A DNA stretch of 64,000 bases. It comes from Blepharisma stoltei ATCC 30299. Lineage: Eukaryota; Protista; Ciliophora. The position numbers were made by a program, and so were the translations under genes. The stretch is from assembly GCA_965603825.1 (NCBI GenBank), contig CBFDEM010000036.1:620001-684000 (forward strand). Direction: 5' to 3'. The notes under the pieces were generated by a model that saw nothing but the letters and a program-made list of their open reading frames with translations, made no database searches and was not told the origin of the DNA. Each line of letters starts with the position of its first letter. Positions within the stretch are counted from its first letter, which is position 1. Shown one piece after another: positions 46,654 through 58,761 of the stretch.

Positions 46654-49377
46654 CTAAAAATCTTCATCCCAGTTTTGAATTTGATTTCGCTCACGAAGTC
46701 GAATGTTTGGTAGAACATCTTGGTCTTCTTCAATCTGAAGAAATAGCTCCAGCTCATTACTATTAGAGAAAGCTGCTTCTATTTCATCATGCAAAGACTT
46801 CAGCTTAGGGAGATAAGGCATTTTTAGCTGTCTCGATAAAAGACGATCCTACGTAAAAATTACCCAATTGAAGTTGGCGAATCACTTGTGATTCTTTAAG
46901 TTCTCTATGCTTCCACCAGTCCTTGCTGCTGGGTTTTTATTAAGCAGCTGGAATATCAAAGGCTTGGCTTGGGATGTTGGGTCTGCTTGGCCTTGCCAGG
47001 TGATTTTATGCTCCAGGATCTTTTGGTAGACTTTTTGGGTGTCGTCCTCGTCTTCACCGAATGGGACTCCTCCATATAGGAATTCATAAATCATGATTCC
47101 TAAGCTCCACCAGTCAGCAGCAAAATTATATCCGCTGCCCAGGATGATTTCTGGGGCCATGTAATGTGGAGTTCCTACAGTAGTATACGTCCTTCCGTGT
47201 ACTATTTTGGCTGTCCCAAAATCAATTAATTTTGGGTAGCCTTCTTCATCAATCATGATGTTTTCTGGCTTAAGGTCTCTATATATAATGTCTCTTTCAT
47301 GAAGATGCTCGAGCATTACAACAATTGAAGCAGCATAGTATTTGGCGTCGGCATCTTTCACTAACTGCATGTCTCGAAGGACGTCAAATAAATCATTCCC
47401 CATTACATACTCCATTAGAAAGTAAACTCTTTTAGGGTCTTTGTACGTTTTTATCAATTTAGCAATCATTGTATGGTCAAGCTGCAGAGAAATTGTCCTT
47501 TCTAGTCTCAAATTCTCATATAGCCCAAAAACGTCGATTTTTTCTCGTGTTACAGTTTTCAAAGCGTACATATTTCTATTGGTTTTATTTGCAACTAAAA
47601 TCACATTTCCAAACATTCCTTTGCCAATAGTTTTGATAGGAATTAGATCCTTTAATGCTATTGAGTCATCTTGAAGGTCAATTCTTCTTACCAGCTGTTT
47701 TCTGATCTCTTCATCTATGATATTTAGAAAATCCTCTTTTTCTAATAGCCAGCAACTTACTGGGCCATCAGCAAAAACAGTTGCAGTACGAAAGTCATTA
47801 AAAAGCACTGATCTTTCTCCAAAATAGTCATGCTTTGTGATTGTTCTTATTTTTGCATCATTTTTGAAGACGTTTACTTTGCCTGTTTTGATGATGTAGA
47901 ATGAGTCGCCTGGATTGCTTTGAAGGACGATAGTATCTCCGTCAGAGAAATGAACAACTTTTAAGGCTCTCATAAGAGAAACGAATTTATCTTGTGTAAG
48001 CCCACGCAATAGATGAACTTTTTTCAAGACAGCTAAAGCTTCGTTATGAATGGTAACTTGAAGGAAATTTCCACCAATGCACTCTTCAAGCTTTTCCTTG
48101 GTGATTTCGCTGACATCAGTTTCTAACTCTGCTATATAGTCCACGAGATACTCATCAGGAATGCTTTTATCTAATCCCTCATCTCCAATACAAGAAAATA
48201 CCTCAATGCTTCCTTGTGGTCCTCTTACCCTTCCTTTCAAAATAATTCAAATTTTTTCTCCGATTTTCCCTCCTCTTGGAACAATAACTTCTCCAGGCTG
48301 ATATTTGACGACCTCAACCTTTTCAAGGACTTTTTCTCTTTGATCAATCGATAGAGCTTTTAAATTTTGGCTTTTTTCACAAGCTATTCTCTGTGTGTTT
48401 TTATATAAAATCTGTTCTAAGGAGTTTCCCAACACATCAATCAAGGAATCACTGCTAATTGACACTACTTTGACGTCTCCAATTGCAGTCACAGTAGCTG
48501 TTCTCGGAGTATTATAGAGCAAGGCCTGCTCTCCAAAGAAATCGCCTTTTTGCATCTGTCGAATTTCAATGTCATTTTGAGTGCAAGTGACAATTCCCTC
48601 TTTAATTATATAAAATAAATTTCCTACATCGCCTTCTTTGACTATTTTTTGGCCACTGGTTCATCTCTGTGTGGTTAACACTGATAATAAAGAGTCTTTT
48701 TGCTGAGGAGTTAGTGCTTGGAATAATGGAACGCTGTCTATAAACACTTTGTTTTCTTCATGGTTCATCACATTGACTTTTTTTACAGCTTCTTTGAAAG
48801 CAAATCTGTCAACTCCTCATAAAGTGCATTTATCGTAAGTCTTTACAGTTGCAGTTCTTGGACGATTGTCAAGTAAGGCTAACTCTCCAAAACCATTTCC
48901 TGGACCTAATAAGTTTTTTCTGGCTCCATTCACAATTACTTCAAGCCTTCCACTAGCTACTACAAAAAAGCACACCCCTGGCTGGCCTTGTTCGAAAATA
49001 ATTTCTTTAGGACCGATGATATAAAATTTCATGTCCTCAACTATCATATTTCGGCTGTCTTCATCTAAGCTTCTAAGAATAAAATGATTATTCAAAGCAG
49101 CCATGATCATTTTAACGTCTTCTTCTGTTTTAGGCTTATCCATTATTTCTGCAGCCGATGCTTCCATGGCATTATCTTCAACAAGTCTTTCATCGACAGC
49201 AGCTTTATGCCTTGGCTTCTTTTGGTTTTTTCCTTCTTCTTTCAGTTGTCTTGAATTTGGCTTGCTAAGGTTTGTTGACGAAGCTTTGAAAGTGAGCCCA
49301 CTTTCATGTTGGTTCTTCCGATCACTTTCGATTTTTACTTCTTTTGGTGTCTTTATTGATGTGCAAACGCTTCCCAT
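46654..49377 (-). CDS. PKG: cGMP-dependent protein kinase, alveolate type (4 CNB domains, third degenerate)
   Basis: MGSVC start. FGE..RTAT in three CNB domains; YRDLKPEN, GTPHYMAPE and C-terminal WDEDF. 15-nt intron at 46849-46863; TGA=W joins. Confidence 0.93.
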
Positions 49378-49612
49378 TTAATTACACATACTTAATTTTA
49401 AAACATATTAGGAATTCCATGAAAAATATCAGACTCGCAACATTAGGACACGAAGAATTTTCTGCTGATAATTTATAGCCAAAAATCAAAATTTACCATT
49501 AATTGAATTTTATGTCAACTTTCCTTATAAATATGATTTAAAATACTAAGCTAAATAAAAAATAAGAAAAACTTATATAAAAACCTAGTAAATTAAATAA
49601 ATTTTGTATTTT

Positions 49613-50035
49613 CTATTCAATAATTAAGCTGGAGATCGGCCAGTCCTCATAGCTTCCATCTGGCAAGTATCTTCTTATTATGAATGGAATTTTCTTTTCC
49701 CTTAGTTCTTTCTCAGCAATTATTAGTGGATCTGTCTCATGTGGGTCAAGCTCAACGAAAACTGGAGCGTTTCTGCTGATCTGCATAGCTCTGGTTCCTA
49801 GAATTCTCGCTCTTTCATATTTGGTCATGTAAGGCGTTGTTATCTTTTCGACTCTCTCTTTGGTGATGATGTCTTCTTCCTGCTCAATTTCTTCGATATA
49901 TTCATCGCCTTCTGGACGGACGTGTAGAATGGGTTTTTCGCCTGGCCTTTCTGTGAAATCTTCGTCTTGGTCCATTTCCTCTTCTTCGTCTTCGGTCAGG
50001 TTTGGAGATTCAGGTATGTCTTCGTCGCTAGACAT
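49613..50035 (-). CDS. RPB6: RNA polymerase I/II/III subunit RPB6
   Basis: [21 protein letters not shown] and [13 protein letters not shown]. Confidence 0.97.
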   Translation of the reverse strand: MSSDEDIPESPNLTEDEEEEMDQDEDFTERPGEKPILHVRPEGDEYIEEIEQEEDIITKERVEKITTPYMTKYERARILGTRAMQISRNAPVFVELDPHETDPLIIAEKELREKKIPFIIRRYLPDGSYEDWPISSLIIE

Positions 50036-50093
50036 TTTTATAATAATTAGGGCGAATGGGCTCTTATCAAACGCACATTACACTTATTTAAAT

Positions 50094-50576
50094 ATGTTCC
50101 TTGGCCGCAAATCCCCGCGACGTCTTTATAGGCACAACACAATGCCTACTTCTGGACTGACTTTCAATGAAAATTTATTAAGAGAAGCGAGAGACTTAAA
50201 GAGATCCCAAACAAATTCAGAAGGAAATTGTTGGCCCAACAGTAAAAATCCGCCAATTTTTAAAAAAGAACTAGAAGTAATAATAGAAAGTGGCAGATCT
50301 TCCCTAAATACCCAGGACAGTCCTGGCTATAGAGAAATTGATATTTTAAAGACACATACTCCAGAAAACCTCAAGGCGGATAAAGAAAATGAGGTAGAGT
50401 TCGATATGTCTGCAGCAAGAGGCTTCTGCCTTAAATGTAAAAAACAAGTGACTATTATAACAACTGAGAAGAAAAAAGGCTGGAGGGCTTACTGCTGTCT
50501 AGCAAGCTCAGATAAAAATAGAACTGCTAAAATCTGTAGTCGGTGTATGAGTGATATTAATCAAACTAATGCTTAA
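50094..50576 (+). CDS. Small protein with C-terminal LITAF-like CxxC...CxxC zinc ribbon
   Basis: First ATG outside RPB6 is at 50094. CLKC...CC...CSRC. Confidence 0.6.
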   Translation: MFLGRKSPRRLYRHNTMPTSGLTFNENLLREARDLKRSQTNSEGNCWPNSKNPPIFKKELEVIIESGRSSLNTQDSPGYREIDILKTHTPENLKADKENEVEFDMSAARGFCLKCKKQVTIITTEKKKGWRAYCCLASSDKNRTAKICSRCMSDINQTNA

Positions 50577-50578
50577 TT

Positions 50579-50905
50579 TTAAACTCTTTGTAAAAACTCA
50601 AGTAGTTTGTCCACTTCTGAAATATTTGACTCCACAACTCTTCTCTTGCAAGATTCTTTGTCTTCTGAATTCAAACATGAGCTTAGCATATCTTTCTTAA
50701 TTTTATCTAAGAGCTCATTTCGCTTTGACTCGTATTGCAGCTTGAATTCTCTACATGGTGCCATATGCTCGTCAACACATGTATCTAAGTTTTCAGGATT
50801 ACACTTTTTAACGATATTTTCTGTGCATTTTAAGAGTTTTTGCCTAACAATTTGATGTATTTCAGGTGATTTATAGAGGATTTCTGTTCTTAGAATTAAT
50901 TCCAT
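50579..50905 (-). CDS. Small helical Cys-spaced protein, unknown
   Basis: 108-aa ATG..TAA ORF with AT-rich flanks and Cys spaced about 8 residues apart. Confidence 0.6.
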   Translation of the reverse strand: MELILRTEILYKSPEIHQIVRQKLLKCTENIVKKCNPENLDTCVDEHMAPCREFKLQYESKRNELLDKIKKDMLSSCLNSEDKESCKRRVVESNISEVDKLLEFLQRV

Positions 50906-50969
50906 AATTTAACTATGCAATAAAAATCCACTTATCCTCGAAATATCCTTATCAAAATGACAGTTTACT

Positions 50970-51290
50970 TTATAAATTCGAATATCTAGGACAAAAACAT
51001 GCTCCTGGTATATTAAATAGCCAGGTTTCTTGGTCCAGCGCCTTGATTTTCTGCAAGATTTCTTGCTTCATTTCTCTTTCTCTTTCAGCTTTTCTTTGCA
51101 TTTCAAGTCTTGCCGCCACTTCTTTGTTAAACGAAAAAACGTCTTCACAGTCTTCAAAAGGCCTGATTCTTAAAGGAGAATTTGAATCTTCGAATTTTCT
51201 CCTTCTTGGGTGGCCTCTGGATTCTGCGTATTCTCTTGAAGGCGTTGAGTATCCTGGAGTTGCTAGTTGATTATTTCTGTGAGAAGCCAT
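50970..51290 (-). CDS. Hypothetical protein
   Basis: 106-aa ATG..TAA ORF with AT-rich flanks. Confidence 0.55.
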   Translation of the reverse strand: MASHRNNQLATPGYSTPSREYAESRGHPRRRKFEDSNSPLRIRPFEDCEDVFSFNKEVAARLEMQRKAEREREMKQEILQKIKALDQETWLFNIPGACFCPRYSNL

Positions 51291-51307
51291 TTATAAATTA
51301 GTTACAA

Positions 51308-52582
51308 TTATAAAGAAAAGTCTCTATCAGGACAACATGCAGGAGCGTACATACTCCATATGAATAATGAAATAAGAGCAAAGGTTTGACTGGCTCTCAC
51401 TATAAAGCTCAAATAAGTCCTAAATAGAAGTTACGAGAACCCAGAAACTAGACCCCAATTAGTAAGTATCATGCCAAGGGTTAAAGAGTAGCAGGCCATT
51501 AGAAGATGGAAATACGCTGAATCCTGTTGAGCAGATTCAGAAATTTCTTTGGTATCTTCTTCGATGTCTGAGCTGGTGTCTTCATTAATTGCATGCATTT
51601 CCATCATTGTCGCAGCTGACTGATGTGCAGCTTCTGGATTGTGTTTGAAAGCATAAAAAATCATTGATGCCAAGCATAGGAGCAAATCACAGAAAAGAAG
51701 CAAAAAGTTGTAGTCATCTGGCTCCCATACATTGCAATCTGAATCTGGATTCGCTGACAAAGCGCTGAAGTTTAAATAATTAAACAGTAGTGATATAATT
51801 GAGCTAGTTAATAAAGCTAAATAACACTTACACCCGTGCTCAATCAAATTAGAGCTATTGATTGCAGTTATAGCAATCCCTAAAACAGCGCAAGCACTTG
51901 TTGATATGATAGCCAAAGTGCATTGGAAATAAAAAAAGCTGCAAATCGCCATAGTAGTGATTAACGCCCAGCTTAACCCTGTGAAGAAAAACATTCAAAA
52001 TAGTCAGAACTTTGATTCGTTCCCTGTATCGTAATTCTCTACCCAAGTCTGATTCCAAGTATAAGCAAAGTCAATCAATAAAATCAACTGAACTGCGAGG
52101 AAAATGATACTGAAAATTATACTAAGTGCAAGGATCCAATTCTAAATAGCAATTACAAACGCACTATTTGGTATCAAAAAACTGAGAACAAGCAAGCTTA
52201 CAAATAAGCCAAATTTAAGTGGCCAGCATCCGTATTCAAACAAGACATAAATTTCTCCACCAATTAAAGTTATCAAAGTTGTTATACAAAAGAAAATTCC
52301 CATAGAGAAGCCTATTCTGTATGCAGTGCTCGTCCCTAAACATTTTAAATCATCATTGTTGCAATCTACAATCCCATATTCATCTAATTTGTCAGAAAAT
52401 GAAGGCCCAACAAAAATTACAATAAGTGATAAAAGGCACCCAAGAAATGATAAAGTGATGTACCCGAATCTCGCATGATGAACTGATTTCGTTTTGCATT
52501 TTCTCATGCATGCTCCACACATAAATGCACAGCACACTTTTCCTGAACAGCAGAGAGCTTGGTTCCCTAGAATACTCCACAT
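51308..52582 (-). CDS. Serine incorporator (Serinc/TDE) family membrane protein
   Basis: AYRIGF, LIDFAYTWNQTW, YFHL..MILTNW and WSMYAP..PDRDF. 15-nt introns at 52142-52156 and 51420-51434. Confidence 0.88.
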
Positions 52583-52648
52583 AGATTAATATTAATTTCT
52601 TGATAAACGATTTGGCTTATAAAATCATTAGAGACTTGATATATATAA

Positions 52649-53248
52649 ATGGCTGAGGGAGCATTCGGTAATTTTCGCTTTATGAACAAAGGAAAAGAAA
52701 AGAAAGATAAAGCAAGCAGTCTGCATCACGAGCTCCAAATTGATATAATGAAAAGTGAGTGCAAGCTGTTTGATCAGTTTCTATTGGTATATTCCTGTGC
52801 ATCCTTAGTAATTTCAGTTCTCGCACTTGTTCTCGAGTCTTTCCCGGAGTGAAACGCAGCTGTTTGCCTTATAATTTCCATCTTAATAGATGCAGTGGGG
52901 ATTTTCGCTTCTATCAAGAATATTTATTCTCTGAAAGAAATGAACAACATGAAGATTCGCAAGACTTTGATTTATCTCCTTGGCTATTGTATTGCCCAGG
53001 TATTTCACGCAGTGCTGTACTTTTCTCTGAACTCTGCTGATATTGTGGATGATTTCCATACAAATTATGGAATTGGATATACTTATGTTATTGGCGGAAT
53101 GATATTAGTCGTTTTTATTATTGCAGCATTTGGGCTCTACTTTTTACAACAGATCAAAATCCTGGCTGATACCATTGCTGCTATTAATGGACTTACTAAG
53201 AATAAAGAAGCCACTTATAGGTCAAGGGTTGGAGTTCTAGATAACTAA
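52649..53248 (+). CDS. Hypothetical 4-TM membrane protein
   Basis: ORFs 52649-52852 and 52895-53248 are joined in frame by TGA. Confidence 0.7.
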
Positions 53249-53560
53249 GAAAATAATTAAATGAATAGACTTATTAAAATAGCTTAAGAGATCCATAACG
53301 CTTTTACCTTTTTTGTCACAAGCATAACGCAGAAGAGTCTTGATTTCATGAACGTCTAACATTTTTATATAATTAGGCAGTTTTTGAATTATTTTGAAGT
53401 GGCTTAGAAGAGAACAAATTTCAGCTAAGCTTGAAATTATACATTAATCTCTACTTATCATTTAAATAGTGAATTAAAGATTTGAATAATTAAATCCATT
53501 GCAATTCATTTTTCGCATTATTTTAATTAATAATATCAACCATCAAAACTTTGTAAAACA

Positions 53561-55144
53561 TTAAAGTTTTTGCTTATTTCTCCTGATATCAACACCTGAA
53601 GTTGCTCGTCTACTAATTAGTAGTGATCTTTTATTCGCATCACCTTTAATTCAATCATGAAGCAGTCCTTCTTCAGCTGTGATTCGGTTTTTCGGATCCC
53701 AGGTAAGGCATCTTTCAAGAAAAGTAATAAATTTATAGTCGCAGCCTTCAAAGATTTCAGCTAGAGGCCTTGAACCTGGAATGAAAGTTTCACGATTACT
53801 GTTTTCTTTAATTATCGGAAGATTATTTTGGTCAAAATAATCAGATTTTGCATACGCTTTTTCTATGAGATTAATAGGAGGAGTTCCGAGCGTTGCCATT
53901 ATTCTTACAAAGCACTCATATTGATTTTCACCTGGAAAAAGAGGTATGCCCAGGCATAATTCTGCTAAAACGCACCCTAAAGACCAAATATCGATTTGGT
54001 GGTTATATCTATTTCCCAACAAAATTTCTGGGGCTCGGTAAAATCTGCTTTGCAGATATGTACAAAGATTGCCACCTTCTCTACTTGAAGACCCAAAATC
54101 AATGATTTTTATGCTTGATTTATTTTCTGACCTTAGTACAATATTTTCTGGTTTAATGTCACAATGAATGTATCCTTTGGAGTGAACATATTTTATTCCT
54201 ATTAGCAACTGCACTGCAATTCTTCTAATCAGATTCATATCGATTCCTCTAAAATCATTTTTCTTTAAAAATTCATATAGATTTAAGCTCATCAATTCCA
54301 TCGAAATGCATAAGTGTCCTCGAAATAAAAAGCTTTCTTTGGATTTTAATATGCATTTGCTGTCATCAATATCATCTTTTCCAAGATCTTTGAGAATCGA
54401 TTTTTCGATCTCCCCAATTTTTCTGAAGGCATAAGGCTTTTTGTATATTTTGATTGCTGCGTATTCGCATTCTTTGTGATCAAAGCATTTGACAACCAAC
54501 CCAAAAGTCCCTTCTCCTAGGATCTCATGGATTTCATATCGATAAGCTATATGCTCTCCTTTTTCAGCTTTGTAGCATCCTTTTTCATCTGTGTAGCTTT
54601 CCATTCTTTTCTGGTTTTCAGTATTTAAATAGTAAATTAACTCATATTTTTTAATTTCGGCACGTTCATTTTCTGTCAAGATTTGCTGATATAACGATAT
54701 CGCTGTGTCTTTACCCATTGGAAATAAGCTATTTTTGGGCTTTTCAGCATCGAATCTGAATTGCAAGCTTCTCGTTGGAGAATGCGAACTTGCTCTTGTT
54801 GACATTGGCTTTGAAGGTGACTTAAGGCGTATTCCAAATCTTGCTTTAGGTGTGATAGGTAATTTTAACCATATAGCTTCATTATCAGGAATTGGCGACT
54901 CTTCTGTCGTTGTTGTGCTGGTAGGAAGAGTTGACCTTGTGTAGTCCAACGCTGAAAAGTTATCAGACTTCCCATTAATCTTTATCCCTCACATGCGCTC
55001 AGATGGGGTCTCAAAAATTGTGCATAAGTTTGCACTGCTTTGGTTTGCCCTGCGCCTTAAGGGGATAGGGTTCTGGTCTTCAGCTTCGTTAAGTGTGATG
55101 CCAAAGGATCTTCTTGGCGCTGGAAGTAATTTGGCTTTGCTCAT
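53561..55144 (-). CDS. DYRK-family kinase (class 2-like)
   Basis: DH box-like EHIAYRYEI, HCDIKPEN, TYLQSRFYRAPE and HD-W(TGA)-I. ATG at 55144, TAA at 53561. Confidence 0.92.
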
Positions 55145-55722
55145 GAATTATTATTAACAGATCATTATTTTTGGACTGTTTTTTTTAGTTTTAGGTTATT
55201 TATTGGCTTTAAATCGCATAATTAAACAGAAAATTAAGATGCTTTTATATGGCATTTGTATTAATTAACATCAATGCAGTTAAGAAAGGAATTTGATTGA
55301 AGTAAAAAATACGCTTTAAAAATAAGATGGAATTTATATTTTGTATTGATTCGTGAAAAGTAGAGGATTTTGAATTTAATTTAATGATTATATATAGGTA
55401 AACGACAAGCAGAATTAGGAGCAATAATCATCAATTTTATAAGAATCTTTTCAAAGTTGTATAGCCGTTGAATTATAATTCCGTAACCCATTTTAGGTCT
55501 CGAAAAAAACGGCCAATTTAATATGGATAAAAGAATTAAGTTTCTAAAGCTGGCTAATAATGTTTTTAGTTTAAGACTTTCTATAATATTGCAAGGCTTT
55601 TTTCAATAAACTTCTGATCTCCTTTCCGAATAAGTTTAATAAATTAGGTTTAAATCAGATTATAGCAATTCCATCTATTTATATTCAGCAATGTTTTGTA
55701 TTGAAAACTAATTATTTTAGAC

Positions 55723-56664
55723 TTAAGAACCCCATTTTTTCCATTCTTGTCCTTTTGGTGGATCAGGCCTGTCTTTTCCTTCATAATCTTTACTTCTGAC
55801 CTCCCCCCAATTTGTCGAGAGCACTGTCCCTCCAGACGTCTGAAAAGATTTAATCATTGCCCTTCTGGTATCTTCATCTCCATTTTCATAAATTTGTTTA
55901 AACAGTTCATTTAATGCTTCATCTCCTTCAGGCTTGGTTTTTTTCAACTCCTGATCTAATTCTTTATCAATTTTATTCCAATCTCTTTTGAATTTATTTG
56001 AGGATGGATAGCTTGGCCTCACTTCCGCAATTTTTTGAGGCTCTAAGTCTATCCAGTTTGAATTTTCTCGTTTTTTCAAAGAAATCTCAATTTTAGTTGG
56101 AAGAATTTTGTAGCTTGATTCTTCTTTGACCACTGGACGGGCAAGGTTTATGTGTACTGTGAATTCAGCTGAATTAGTATTTATGACTGAAGCTTCTAAT
56201 GAGTTTTCTGCTATTTCAATTTTTGTTTCTTCACTGCTTCTTGCTTTTACGTTTAACACTATAAATACGTGGCTGTCACTTTGATACCAAGTATATGGAT
56301 CTCGGCCAGGCGGCAAAACTAAATTACTTATCTCTACCTTGCATTTTCTTATCCAAATTCCTGCAGCATTTACATTGAGCTTTTCAGCTGCTTCGAAATC
56401 TTGTAACGCAAGCTGTAATTGCTGTTGGAAAAATAAAGATTGGGCTCGCCTGAAAAATCCAATAAAATTGTCTGGATTAATCTCGATTGCAGCACTTGCA
56501 GCTTCTTCAGCTCTTTTATACTGCCCAGTTTTCAATAAAGCTGAGGATAACCCAATAAGTCCTTCAAAGCTTTTTTCTGTGTTAATAGCCTGCTCATATA
56601 ACTCTACAGCTTCTGCAAACTCATCATGCATGTAAAGGGAATTTGCCCTGTGCAAAGCTTCCAT
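55723..56664 (-). CDS. SGT1: SGT1 co-chaperone (TPR-CS-SGS)
   Basis: TPRs, WYQS, YPSS and RRAMIKSFQTSGGTVLSTNW. Confidence 0.95.
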   Translation of the reverse strand: MEALHRANSLYMHDEFAEAVELYEQAINTEKSFEGLIGLSSALLKTGQYKRAEEAASAAIEINPDNFIGFFRRAQSLFFQQQLQLALQDFEAAEKLNVNAAGIWIRKCKVEISNLVLPPGRDPYTWYQSDSHVFIVLNVKARSSEETKIEIAENSLEASVINTNSAEFTVHINLARPVVKEESSYKILPTKIEISLKKRENSNWIDLEPQKIAEVRPSYPSSNKFKRDWNKIDKELDQELKKTKPEGDEALNELFKQIYENGDEDTRRAMIKSFQTSGGTVLSTNWGEVRSKDYEGKDRPDPPKGQEWKKWGS

Positions 56665-56825
56665 TTTATATTATTTTATAAAAATTCTGATATCTCCTTT
56701 TCTTTTCTTCCTCCAATATCAATTAAAAATAATCTCAAATGGTTTATATCTTTGTTTATATAGCTAATATTCGCTTGCACTTCTTAATATACAAGTCCAG
56801 AATAAATGGTAGTAATAAAGTAAAA

Positions 56826-58696
56826 ATGCAAAAAGAGCCATCTATTTCTGAGCTAGAAAACAAGCTGAAAGATATGGTAGGACCGAGTGGGGGCTTACAA
56901 GAAGTTCGCTGGGTTAATCCTTATGTAAATTTGCTCAATGAAACTAAATATCCAGAAGGGCATGATTTTTTGCTTCAGGCACTAATGAGGTCGACAGTAA
57001 ACTCAAAGATTGTGTACGATAAGTTTGCAAATATCGGAGGTTTGGAGTTTTTAGGAAAATTAATAAAAGACTACGACAAAAGCGAAGAACCTGAAGCGAA
57101 ATCCCTACTTCACACAATCATTGCTTGCCTAAACAAGTTCACAATATCCGTAGAATTATTAGAAACGACGAAAATTGGCAAGGCCCTAGGTGGTCTACTA
57201 AAACACCCTGATGTCAGCATTCAAAATAAATCTGGAGCTTTGATAAAGAATTGGAAAGACATTTTATTGGCGCCAAGTGAGTCAGCACGTCCGCCCAAAC
57301 CCAACTACAATGAGACCAAGATAGAGATCCCTAAACGGTAGTTTTTATTTAGACAAAAAGTTGAGGAGGACATTAAGCAAGAAGAATCTGCTGAATATAT
57401 TATTGAACAATATAATGAAATTGATGATTATTCTAACAAACATGTGAGGTATGTTAATATTTTAAGTGAACTAAGCCTAATTGTAATAGATGGGTGGATG
57501 CGGACCATATGGAAAACGTAAAGTATTTCTGGAGAGGTGACGAGCCAACTGCCCAGTGTGCAACCTCAAGGCCATATGATGTCCCACCCACAGAACCCCA
57601 CGAGAACATCAGCGTTGAAGATTTCCGAAAAAGAGAAGTCCAGATGGAAAAAGAACTAAATCATAAGGTAAAATTAAGACAGGAAAAAGAGAAGGACGAA
57701 ATGACCAAAAAATCGCTAGAAAATATGTCGTCTAAGGTGCCATATTACACCCCAAACAGTAAAAATTACATAGAAATATTAATTAGTGTTTCACAAAGAT
57801 CAAAAATTGAGAGCGCTGAGCAGCTGGAAGAAAATAAAAGAGAGAATGGAGTTTTAAGAACTATTTATCAGAGAGAAACTGAAATCCCAACCGCTCCGAT
57901 AGAAACAGCCACTGCTAAGCCAGGACAGGTAGGCAACATTCAATTTATCCCAGCATCAAAAGTAATTTTTATTTAGTATGGACATTTTCCAACAGTGATA
58001 AAGTTGTCTGATGAAGATGAAACCAAAGATGAGGAAGAAAAAGAGCTGGAGTCTTATACTCAGCAAGCATCTTCATATCAACCTCAGAGCGTTCCTCAAT
58101 TCCATAGTATGACCCCTCCAGATATGAGCCAGACTTCCCAAATGATGCCACCAACGAATCACATGTCAATGCCACCTCCACCTCCTAGCATGTCCCAGCC
58201 TTTAATTTCTCATATGCCACAGCAGATGATGGGAATGCCTCAAAATATCCCTATGATGCCTATGAACCAAATGTACATGCCTTATCCTCCTAATCAAAAC
58301 TACCAAATGCCACAAATGGGGCCTTATGGGCCTATGATGAACCAGCCTCAACCTCAGCCTCACAGAATGCAGCCCTCTTACCAGCCACAGACCATGCAGT
58401 TCCCTACAAATGACCTAAATCGTCGACAAGTAATCTATAATCCCATCACAAAAAAACCTTTAAACTATAAGACAATGCCATGCAGAAAATTCCACTCCAA
58501 CGAAGGCTGCGAAAGAGGTGACAATTGTCATTTTATCCATGATTTTCAATACCAAGGACGCCCAATTCCAAATTTTCAAGAATGGAAAAACTCGAACCAG
58601 GAAAGACTACAAAACCTCATGGCCAGCAAGCAAGATGAATCAGCTCCGAGCTATTACCCGCCTATGAATTATCCTCCAGACTATAATAAGTATTAG
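56826..58696 (+). CDS. PNUTS/PPP1R10-like protein (TFIIS N-terminal domain, PP1 RVxF motif, CCCH zinc finger)
   Basis: LETTKIGKAL...LIKNWK; KHVR|WVDADHMENVKYF; YKTMPC..C..C...H. Introns at 57338-57352, 57449-57489 (41 nt), 57759-57773 and 57962-57976. Confidence 0.75.
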
Positions 58697-58761
58697 AAAT
58701 AATTAGAAATTAACTAAACTAAGCTTAATTGTAATAGTTACATATGCATATTAATCTAATC

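Noticed and set aside
49860-50093. N-terminal extension of the 238-aa ORF overlapping RPB6
   Set aside because: It has a non-ATG start and is the antisense shadow of the RPB6 acidic region. ATG 50094 is the plausible start.
57458-57485. 41-nt intron explained as a 15-nt intron plus a 26-bp TA-bounded IES
   Set aside because: The resulting 15-mer would lack the invariant A at -6, and TA pairs are frequent by chance. It cannot be fully excluded without reads.
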